The notes under the pieces are model-generated. The model had not been told where the DNA came from. It ran no database searches and saw only the letters and a program-made list of their open reading frames with translations. Shown here piece by piece: positions 40,730 to 50,298 of a DNA stretch of 64,000 nt (position 1 is its first letter; every line of letters starts with the position of its first letter). This DNA comes from Terriglobia bacterium. GTDB lineage: Bacteria; Acidobacteriota; Terriglobia; 20CM-2-55-15. A program made the translations under genes and the position numbers. The DNA is taken from the NCBI GenBank assembly GCA_965218585.1, contig CBDCLE010000009.1, forward strand, positions 32,001-96,000, written 5' to 3'.

Positions 40730-40782
40730 AGGTCAGGCATCGCGTCGGCGAGCGGTCTGCGCGGTGACAACCGTGAAATCCA

Positions 40783-40880
40783 TTCTCAGCGCCCGATAAA
40801 TCATCTTGTCGGACGTTGAGAACCACTGTTTTTCAGGCCTTTTTCACTGTCAGAGACGGTCGTTTAACGGGAGTTGAAAC
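40783..40880. repeat. Cassette junction: two inverted 40-bp sites (40783-40822, 40841-40880) with an 18-bp spacer
   Basis: Spacer CCACTGTTTTTCAGGCCT resembles CCCCCGTTTTTAGGCCT at 39225. Confidence 0.85.
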
Positions 40881-41634
40881 TTTGATCGCGTCTAACCCCT
40901 CCCTCAGTATTCATTATCGAGTTTTTCACGGCTCGCTCTCCCAGTCAGGGCCGCAAGCTAAGGTCAGAGGGTGTTACCATCCCTGCTTGCCTGTAACAGC
41001 GATCTATAGCGGAAGGTTCCCATGGCCTTGATCACTCGTCGAGCCTTCCTTGCGCAGTCGGCTCGGGCGGTCGGCGGTGGCCTCTGTGCGTTCGAGGCGC
41101 TACAGTTGGTCGCGTGCGAACGGGGAACGCCAATCGCTCCTTCCATCGGCTATGGGCCGCTCCAAGAGGCCGGTCCCGAGCTGGCGTTACCTACAGGTTT
41201 CCAGTACCGCGTGTTCGGGGTTGAGGGATCGACCATGTCGGACGGACGGCCCACGCCTTCAAGGCATGACGGCATGGCGGCATTCCCACTTCCCAACGGC
41301 AACATTCGCCTTATCCGCAACCACGAGGTCAGCAATGAGCCGCAGAGTGGAGCCGCATTCGGCAACCTCGGGCGGGCATACGACTCGCTGGCGGGCGGGG
41401 GGACCACCTCGCTCGAGATCAACCCCGTGACACGCGAAGTCGTTCGCGACTTCGCGAGCCTCTCCGGGACCATGCGAAACTGCGCCGGCGGACCCACGCC
41501 GTGGCAGTCATGGCTTACCTGCGAGGAGCACTTCGGCGATCAGCGGCAAGGCTATCAGCAACCGCACGGCTATGTCTTCGATGTCCCAGTGTCCGCGGAA
41601 CAGGACGTGCCGGCAGTACCGTTCCGCGCCCTAG

Positions 41635-41756
41635 CAGCCTGTCGGACTAACACCAAATCAATAATCTAAGTCATTCATATGACCGTGTTTACAGTTTCGA
41701 GCTGAAAAGGGCCGTCGTTGAAAACAAAGGACTTACGCCGAAAGTCCGACAGGCTG
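41635..41756. mobile_element. 122-bp MITE
   Basis: 14-bp TIR CAGCCTGTCGGACT, flanked by CTAG on both sides, no coding capacity. Confidence 0.85.
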
Positions 41757-41760
41757 CTAG

Positions 41761-43302
41761 GAGTCTGCGCGGCAGAAGGACCGAAATTGGGCGGGAATGG
41801 ATGGAAGATAGGGCATGCCACGAACTTACCGAGCCTATATTCCAGAACAGAGCCTGCTGATGCCACCGTCGCTGAGCGATTGGCTGGCCGAAGATCACCT
41901 GTCGTACTTCATATCGGATGCTGTGGACGCGATGGATTTGAGCGGGTTCGAACAGAGGCATGGAACTGACGGGCCTGGCAATCAGGCCTTCGATCCGCGG
42001 ATGATGGTGAAGGTGATGATCTATGGGTACGGGACCGGAGTGTTTTCATCCAGGAAGATCGCAGCGAAGTTGAGAGAAGATGTGGCGTTCCGGATGTTGG
42101 GAGCCGAGAACTTTCCCGCGCACCGAACGATCTCGGATTTTCGCAAACTGCATCTTGAGGAGTTCGGGAAGCTGTTTGTGCAAGTGGTGATGATGGCGCG
42201 AGAAGCGGGTTTGGTGAAGATGGGGACGGTAGCGGTGGACGGAACCAAGATGCGGGCGAATGCGAGCAAACGCAAAGCGATGAGCTATCAACGCATGAAG
42301 AAGCAGGAGACCGAGTTGGGTGAGCAGATTCGGGATCTGTTGAACCGGGCGACCGCGACCGATGAGGACGAAGACCAGCGTTACGGCAAGGACCGGCGCG
42401 GAGACGAACTACCCGACGGGTTGGCGACCCGTAAGAAGCGTCTGGCCACGATCCAGGCGGCGATGAAGCGACTCGAGGAACGTCAGATGGCTGCGGACCA
42501 GGAAGCCGGACGGAAACCGGGAGACGACGAACCGGGAAGCGGAAAGAAGGGCAAGCCATTCAAACGCCCCATGGGCGAGCCCAAGCCCAAGGCCCAGGAG
42601 AACTTCACCGATCCAGAAAGCCGGATCATGAAGACCTCCACGGAAGGGTTCCAGCAATGTTACAACGCGCAGGCGATGGTGGATTCCGAGGCCCGGATCA
42701 TCGTGGCGACCACGGTGAGCGACAATGCGTCGGATGTGGGGCAGTTGGAGCCGACTCTGGATGCGGTGAACAACAACCTGGGAGAGTCTCCAGGCCGCGT
42801 GCTCGCTGATGCGGGGTATCGATCCGAGTCGAATCTGGGGATGTTAGAACAACGCCAAATTGATGGGTATGTCGCCATGGGGCGGGAGAAGGACCTGGAC
42901 GATGCCCCCCTCCCGCCACAAGATACCGCGCTTGGTCGGATGACGAGAAAAATGAAATCCCCGTCTGGGCGTGATCGCTACCGGGCCAGAAAGCACATTG
43001 GTGAACCGCCCTTCGGGTGGATCAAATCGGTGCTCGGATTCCGACAGTTCAGTCTGCGAGGTTTGGACAAGGTGACCTGTGAGTGGAACCTGGTGACTCT
43101 AGCAGTGAACTTACGACGGATGAACGGGAAGATCGAATGGGCCTAATCCGGAAAACCGGGACCGCCACCCTTATCACACGGCTTACTACTGGAGTCCGCA
43201 CCGGTCTGAGTTCATCATAACGGCAGAATCGGTCCGGTCGCCTCCGACAACACGATCAAATCCCAATAAATCCAGGTTCTTTCCGCTCTGCCGCGCAGAC
43301 TC
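41761..43302 (+). mobile_element. IS1182-family element (transposase 41815-43146)
   Basis: 16-bp TIR GAGTCTGCGCGGCAGA with CTAG TSD. Motifs SSRKI, DGTK..ANAS, TDPESR.M, ADAGY and EP.FG.IK. Confidence 0.93.
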
Positions 43303-44060
43303 CTAGGGCGGTTTGTTCACGAGGCCGTCGCCGTCGATCCCGCGACGGGGATCGTCTACGAAACCGAAGATCAAAGACAGGCCGGCTTCTATCGCTTCGT
43401 TCCAGACAGGCCCTACCGACCGGGAGAGCGTCCTGATCTTACGAGCGGACGCTTGCAGATGCTGGCCGTGCGGGATCAACGGCAGTACGACGCGGGAACC
43501 GGGCAGAGTCCAAGAGCTGTGCTCCCCGTCGGCTGGCTGGACATCCCCGACCCGGACCCTGTTGGGGAGGCCGTCACGGTGAACGCTGTCTTCCAGCAAG
43601 GATGGGATCAAGGTGGAGCGCGGTTCGCCAATGTCGAAGGCTGTTGGTATGAGGACGGCGCTATCTACTTCGCCTCCACCAACGGGGGCGATGCCGGAGA
43701 GGGCCAAATCTGGCGCCACCGTCCGGGAGCGGACGGCGGAGACCTCACGCTGGTGTTTGAGTCTCCGGGACCGGACGTTCTCAAGCGCCCGGACAACATT
43801 TCTACTACACCCAAGGGGGCGTTGGTCATATGCGAAGACGGGCCCGGCTCGTGTTTCCTCCGTGGCCTGACCCGCGAGGGCGAGATCTTCGATTTCGCCC
43901 AGAACATCGCGAACGACTACGAACTCGCCGGAGCCACGTTCAGCCCGGATGGGCAGACGTTGTTCCTCAACATCCAGGAGGCTGGACAGACGGTGGCAAT
44001 CTGGGGACCGTGGGAGTCTGGCCCTTTCTAGCCGACACTGGGGCCCCACCCTGACATAGA

Positions 44061-44116
44061 ATCAACATCGTCCTGAACTTGTTTGAAGAACTGAAAGAAC
44101 GGGTCCGGTTCCCTAA
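44061..44116 (+). pseudogene. C-terminal stump of a Ser/Thr kinase-PD40 gene
   Basis: INIVLNLFEELKERV versus INIVLNWFQELRERVPVP* at the end of the 44274-48323 gene, directly followed by the 40-bp site. Confidence 0.8.
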
Positions 44117-44132
44117 ACGACCATGAAAATGA

Positions 44133-44172
44133 TTCTCAACGCCTGTTAAATCATCTTCTCGGACGTTGAGAA
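44133..44172 (+). repeat. 40-bp cassette-end site, right end of cassette 3
   Basis: TTCTCAACGCCTGTTAAATCATCTTCTCGGACGTTGAGAA. Confidence 0.85.
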
Positions 44173-44273
44173 TTGGCGAACTACTAAGCGCTGACAGTTT
44201 TCTTGCTAATAAATCCCACCTGTAGTTGAATTTACAAAGAATTTCACAGTTCAGTTAACGACACACTAAAACG

Positions 44274-47200
44274 ATGGAATCCGGCACCAAACTCGGCCAT
44301 TACGAGATCCTGGACCTCCTGGGCAAGGGGGGAATGGGAGAAGTGTGGCGTGCGCGAGACACGAAACTCGGGCGCGAGGTTGCGATCAAAACGCTACCTG
44401 AAGAGTTTGCCAAGGATGCAGATCGGTTGGCACGCTTTGAGCGTGAAGCGAAGTTACTTGCGTCACTGAACCATCCGAACATTGGCGCGATCCACGGGTT
44501 TGAAGAAGACAACGGAACACACTTCCTTGTTCTCGAACTCGTTGAGGGCGACACGCTGGCTGATCAGATCAAGCGTGGGGCGATCCCTGTTGAGGAGTCG
44601 CTGAAACTCGCTCTTCAAATCGCCGAAGCCTTAGAAACAGCACATGAGAAGGGTGTCGTCCACCGTGATTTGAAACCGGCGAACATTAAAGTTACGCCCG
44701 TGGGTAGGGTCAAGGTCCTCGACTTTGGCTTGGCAAAAGCGTTTGCGGAGGCGGGGCCAAGGTCAACGGCGTCTACTCTAACCCTGACAGGAACAGAAGC
44801 CGGAGTAATCCTGGGAACTCCCGCCTACATGAGCCCAGAACAAGTGCAGGGTCAAAAGGTTGATAGGCGAACCGACATTTGGGCTTTCGGGTGCGTGCTG
44901 TTTGAACTCTTGGCTGGAAGGCGCTCCTTCGACGGAAAGACTGTCGCCGACCTTTGGGCTTCGATCCTCAACACCGAGCCGGATTGGACGAGTCTGCCAA
45001 GGAATCTCCACCCAAGAATCCGTCTGATGCTGGAAAGGTGTCTGGAGAAGGAAGCTAGAAGCCGTTATCACGACATTTCGGACGCAAGGGTAGACATCGA
45101 GAAGGTGCTAGCCGATCCGAGCGGCGTGTTTGTGCAGTCCGGTACTGAAGCTGCGCAGGCAGCGCCGCAGGCGAAACTGCCTTGGATTGCGGCCTTCCTT
45201 TTGGGACTGGTCATCGCTGGCGTGGCCGTCTGGAACCTGAAACCCATACCGAATCCTCCCCTCGTCACCCGCTTTGATCACAAGTTATCCGAAACACTGA
45301 GCTTTAGGAATATGGGTCGGTTAGGCATCGCAGTCTCCCCGGATGGCCGTCAGGTCGTTTACAACACCACAGAAGGCGTGTATCTCCTCTCTATGGACGA
45401 ACGGAGGTCGTTCCAATCGGTGTGTAAAAAGAGAAGGCGGTGTACGCTTTCGGTGAATCCGAAACCCTAAGCAATCCCGGCAGCAACCGGGAGAAAGGTA
45501 CACCACCCATGAAGAAGAAGAACATACCGGCATCAGTGGCGTCAACGAACGCGTATGAAGGTTTGGAGGACTGGGCGCGATCCCGGGTCCAAGTCTGGCT
45601 ACAGGAGCTGCTCGAGGACGAAGTCACTCAATTTCTGGGTCGGGAAAAGTTGGAGCGGAGTCCGAATCGACGAGGATACCGGAACGGTCACGGGAAGCCG
45701 CGACGCTTCGCAATGATGAACGGTACGATGGAGGTTCGACGACCTCGGGTTCGAAACACCGCCGAGCGGTTCGAGAGTCAGATCCTGCCGTATTTTCGAC
45801 GGAAATCGAAACAGCTGGGCGAGCTACTTCCCGATCTCTACCTCCACGGTCTGGCCACAGGGGACTTCGAGCAGGCCATGCGCGGACTGCTTGGCGCTGG
45901 CGCTCCGTTGTCGCGAGCATCGATCCAACGACTGAAATCGACCTGGCAGTTGGAGTATGACGAGTGGGTCCAGCAGGACCTGTCCGGCCTCGAGGTCGTG
46001 TACCAGTGGGCAGACGGCTTGTACGTGAAAGCGGGGATCGCGAAAGAGCGAGCGGCATTGCTGGTGATCATCGGAGCCTTGTCAGACGGGCGCAAAGTGC
46101 TGTTGGCCTGTGAGAGCGGGCAGCGGGAAAGCAAGGAGTCCTGGAGCCGCATTCTGCGCAATCTCCAGAGACGGGGCCTGAAGCTGGGACGGCTGACTGT
46201 CGCGGACGGTCACCTGGGCATCTGGTCCGCGCTGGCCGAGCAACAGCCCCAGGGCCAGGAACAACGCTGCTGGAACCACAAGTCGATCAACGTGGTCGAT
46301 CATCTGCCGAAGACCGAGCAGCCCGCGGCCAGACAGCTGCTTCATGGGATGGCCTTCGCGAACTCCCGCGCGGCCTGCGAACGAAAGCGGGATCAGTTCG
46401 TCCGCCGATATGAGAAGAACTATCCCAAAGCGGGTGAGACGCTGTTGCGGGATTGGGACCGGATGATTACTTTCTATGAGTTCCCGAAACAACACTGGGT
46501 GCATCTTAGAACGACCAACATCGTCGAATCGCCCTTCGACATGGTTCGCCTCCGCACCAACGCCGCTCGCCGATTCAAGCGTGTCGAGAATGCAACGGCA
46601 ATGATCTGGAAGCTACTACGTGTCGCTGAGAAGGCTTGGCGACACTTAAAAGGATCCGAACTCTTACAAGAGGTCTATGATGGTCAGCAATTCGCTGACG
46701 GCATCAGAGTCGTGATGAAATCGAAGGCCGCCGCCTGATGACTTTTACACACCTTTTGTAATGACCTCGGACGAACTGGATGCCAGACTTATTCCGGGGA
46801 CCGAAGGGAACCTAAACAACTTAATGTTTTCGCCCAATGGTGAGTGGTTGGCTTACTTGTCTGACGGGCAGTTGCAGAAGATAGCCGTTAGTGGTGGTGC
46901 ATCTGTGGCGCTGGCAGACGTGGTCGGCAACTTTTTTGGTGGGAACTGGCAGGCGGACGGCACGATTCTGTTTTCGGCACAACCGGGACACGGGGCGATC
47001 ATGAGAGTTTCTGCAAACGGAGGAACTCCTGAAACGCTTTTCGAGCTAAGCTCGGAAGGGATTTTTAGTACAGCCTATCCGCAGTTGTTGCCAGACGGAG
47101 ATTCCGTGCTGTTTACCTTCCTTGGTACAGAGGGAACGCAAATCGCAATACAGTCCCTCGGATCTGGGGAGACTGAAGTGCTTTTCGCTGGAATCGGCGC

Positions 47201-48323
47201 TCGCTATGTTCCCACCGGCCACATCGTTTATGGGTTGGAAAGTACGCTATTCTCCGTTCCATTTGACCTAGGCACGCTTGAAACGCTTGGCGGGCCCGTT
47301 CCTGTTGTCGACGGTGTCCTTGGTACCGCCACCGTTTTACAGTTCGGCATATCGGACGGCGGCACGCTTGCTTATATTCCGGGTTCGGCGGTAGCCGCAG
47401 AGCGATCGCTTCTCTGGGTTGATCGAGCAGGCATGGAAGAGGCGCTGACGGCAGAACCTCTCGGCTACGAATACCCTCGAATCTCCCACGATGGACAACG
47501 AGTGGCTGTAGATGAGGCGAACCAATTTGGGGATATCAAGGTCTGGAACTTCGCAAGCAAAAACCTCGTCAGGCTAACATCTGGTGGAGGCGCGGATCTT
47601 TACCCAGTGTGGACGTCGGACGACCGGCAGATAGCATTTGGCTCCCAGCGATCAGAATCAAGCAACGTCATCTATTGGAAATCCGCCAACAACACAGGGG
47701 TTGTGGAGCCGCTCACTCCCGCCTTGGGTAACGGTACGCAACCTCCGAACCCGTATTTCTTTGCTGCTGAGGATCAGGTATTGGTCTTTAGAGAACAAGA
47801 GCATCCAGATACTGGAGACAACATTGGAATCATTTCGTTGGAAAGCGATTCGGAACCAGTTTGGCTATTAGCCAGCCAGTTCGACGAAAGAAACGCAGAG
47901 TTGTCACCAGACGGAAACTGGATGGCCTACCAGTCGGATGAATCAGGTCAACACGAAATTTACGTCCGGCCATTCCCGAACGTCGAAGATGACCTACGGA
48001 GAATATCTACAGCCGGTGGGTTTAGTCCTCTCTGGGCACGAGACGGACAGGAACTGTTTTATATCGAGCCCGGTACGCCACGACACCTTATGGTCGTTCC
48101 GGTCCAGACCGATCCGACGTTTGAACACGAGGTCCCTCTGGAACTGCTGGAGTGGCCTTATTTCTTAGGTAACGAAGGTCGGGCATACGATGTCTCACGG
48201 GATAGCGAGCAGTTTCTCGCTATCAAAGGGAATAGTAACGAAATCGACGAAGAAGATCGTCCACAAATCAACATCGTCCTGAACTGGTTCCAAGAGCTGC
48301 GCGAGCGCGTGCCGGTGCCGTAG
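44274..48323 (+). pseudogene. Hanks-type Ser/Thr kinase with a TM helix and C-terminal TolB/PD40 beta-propeller, interrupted by IS256 copy 3
   Basis: GKGGMGEV, VAIK, HRDLKPAN, DFG, SPE and SPDG repeats. Removing the IS restores LSMDELDARLIPG. Confidence 0.93.
45404..46768 (+). mobile_element. IS256-family element, copy 3 (transposase 45509-46738)
   Basis: Same TIRs and length. TSD GGACGAAC (45395-45402 and 46769-46776) with one extra G on the left. Confidence 0.95.
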
Positions 48324-48339
48324 ATGACCGTGAAATTGA

Positions 48340-48379
48340 TTCTCAAGTTCTGTTAAATCATCTTGTCGGACGTTGAGAA
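48340..48379 (+). repeat. 40-bp cassette-end site, right end of cassette 4
   Basis: TTCTCAAGTTCTGTTAAATCATCTTGTCGGACGTTGAGAA, 16 bp after the kinase stop. Confidence 0.85.
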
Positions 48380-48483
48380 ACGGCGAGCTTCGGAATCCCC
48401 GTCCACTTTTCCCCAATAGTCTGGCTATACTGCCCCACGGCCTCTTGTTGGTTCCTAGCCGCAGTAACAGAGAAAGGACAGAC

Positions 48484-48969
48484 ATGGCATTTGAAGCTCA
48501 ACTTCAACGGCAGATCATGGGACGGTTCGCAACGGGTGTGACGGTGGTGACCACCCGGTATGGCGATGGAGCAATTACAGGGATGACGGCCAATGCGGTA
48601 ATGTCGCTTTCTCTGGATCCGCCGCTTGTTGTGGTCTCAGTGGATAAGAAAGCGATGATCTATGGATGTTTGAACGATGGGCAGTGTTACGCAATCAATA
48701 TCCTGACCCGCGATCAGGAAGATTTATCGACACGTTTTGCCACACCGGGACCGAAAGACTTATCGGACCTGGAGTGGACTGAGTCCCAGACCGGGGCGCC
48801 GATTCTTAAGGACACGCTGGGATACCTAGACTGCAAGTTGACAGGCGTCCTGCCGGCAGGGGATCACGATATGTTTGTCGGTGAGGTTGTCGCAGGTGAT
48901 CTCGGTGAGGGGGTGCCCCTTCTCTTTTATAACGGGAAATATAGGGAGCTTGGGGAACAAGAAGACTAG
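48484..48969 (+). CDS. Flavin reductase family protein (HpaC-like)
   Basis: FATGVTVVT, S.SLDPPLV, GAPIL and AGDH. Confidence 0.92.
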   Translation: MAFEAQLQRQIMGRFATGVTVVTTRYGDGAITGMTANAVMSLSLDPPLVVVSVDKKAMIYGCLNDGQCYAINILTRDQEDLSTRFATPGPKDLSDLEWTESQTGAPILKDTLGYLDCKLTGVLPAGDHDMFVGEVVAGDLGEGVPLLFYNGKYRELGEQED

Positions 48970-49041
48970 TGGTGTTGATATGCCCAATGAATGACCCGCT
49001 CTCAGAGCCCACCGACCTTTACCAGGGACCTCCAATCCCTT

Positions 49042-49100
49042 CCGGATTTAGAATCCGGTGTCCCTCACCGGGCGTGCGGGTGCGATACCCGCCCCAGGCG
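49042..49100 (+). repeat. Displaced tRNA-Leu 3' fragment (att site)
   Basis: 46/59 identical to 34070-34128 with no gaps. Anticodon and T stems can still pair. Confidence 0.8.
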
Positions 49101-49210
49101 TTTCGTTGAAACCGATTGGTCTTATAACGTTTTTTCGTTCATCGTCGAATTCGATTAACTTCGCCTGAAACAGCCTGTGGATCAAGGCGAGTCGTTGGTG
49201 AGGAGGCCGA

Positions 49211-50241
49211 ATGAGGTTTTTCGGGTTGCCGTACAGGGAAATGTTTGACAGACCGATGCGTTTGATGAGAGTTGCGTGTGTCGTCCTGCTGGTGTCCGCT
49301 TGCACTCCGCCGGAAGAAGGAGATAGCGCGGTCGAAGCACCCGCCCAGATCGTGAACATCACCGGTGAGCTGTATGAAGTGCGGTCCGGCACTCACAAAG
49401 CCGTGTTTCTGGTGACGCCGGAGGGAATCATATTGAGTGATCCCACCAACCTGGAAGTCTCCGAATGGCTCAAGGCGGAGTTTGCACGGCGTTTCGATCA
49501 GGCCGTGACGTATGTGATCTACAGTCACCATCACCCCGATCATGTCGCAGGCGGCACGGCGTTTGCCGACACGGCCACGTTCGTGGCGCACGAAAATGTG
49601 ACCAGTGCGCTCGCGGCGCCGCTTCCGAGCAACGCGGCGACCCTGGACCAGAACGGGGACGGGCAGCTCGATCGGTCCGAGGCGACGGCACTCGGGTATG
49701 GCGGGCAGAACTTCGACCGCTATGACCGAAACGGGGACGGCACCATGACGGGGGTGGAGATCAATGCCGAAACACCGGTGCCCGACATCGTGTATTCCAC
49801 AGACATGACGATCACTCTGGGCGGCAGCTCGGTGGAGTTGATGCATCCCGGCCGGGCGCACTCCGACGACATGACGGTTCTATTCTTCCCCGACCAGCGC
49901 GCCCTGTTCGCCGTAGACTTCATGCAGGTCGAGCGTTTTCCGGCGACTCTGGGGGATATCCCCTCGCCAGTTACGTGGATGCGATCGCGAAAGTGCAGGC
50001 CTTTGACTTCGATATCGCCATTCCGGGCCACGGTGACGTCGGGGAAAAGGCGGACGTAGCCCTCTTCCTCGAGTTTCTTCGGGCGCTCGACACTGCAGTG
50101 GCAGAGGGGATCGCCGAGGGGCGAAGCCTCGATGAGATGCGCGAGAACCTGTCTTTTCTCGGCTATGAGGACTGGCTTCGCTACGAGACCCAGCGGGCCA
50201 ACTTGATCACCGAAACTTACGAGCTCTTGACCCGACCGTAG
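49211..50241 (+). CDS. MBL-fold lipoprotein with two EF-hand-like loops, frameshifted at ~49953
   Basis: HHHPDH, AHSDD and PGHG. DQNGDGQLDRSE and DRNGDGTMTGVE loops. Adding one G to the G5 run joins the two ORFs. Confidence 0.8.
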
Positions 50242-50298
50242 CCGGGACCCCTCGATTGCCTTAGGGCTATGTGGCCAACCCAGGCAGCGTTCGATCGA

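Larger units (their letters stand above)
41022..44031 (+). pseudogene. phoX: PhoX/DUF839 alkaline phosphatase with a Tat signal, interrupted at one CTAG by a MITE plus IS1182
   Basis: TRRAFL, HDGM, NHE, NCAGG.TPW..WL.CEE, then after the insertions R..HEA, PDN, CED and FSPDG. Removing the inserts restores PFRALGRFVHEA. Confidence 0.9.
34070..49100. mobile_element. tRNA-Leu genomic island (~15 kb)
   Basis: Bounded by the tRNA 3' half (34070-34128) and a 59-bp diverged copy (49042-49100). Contains an integrase remnant, a concentration of IS elements and heterogeneous cargo. Confidence 0.8.

Noticed and set aside
39185-40880. Junction hairpins as canonical integron attC sites
   Set aside because: GTTRRRY-like and RYYYAAC-like boxes, where present, occur in the reverse order to attC. 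No IntI-type integrase is seen and the cargo is not ORF-precise.
44124-44138. TGAAAATGATTCTCA as a Fur-type box explaining the repeats
   Set aside because: It lies downstream of genes and covers only one edge of the site, so it cannot explain the fixed 40-bp length and inverted pairing. Incidental binding is not excluded.
34554-48379. 40-bp repeats as a CRISPR array
   Set aside because: Copies alternate in orientation and are separated by kilobases of genes rather than uniform spacers. No cas genes are present.
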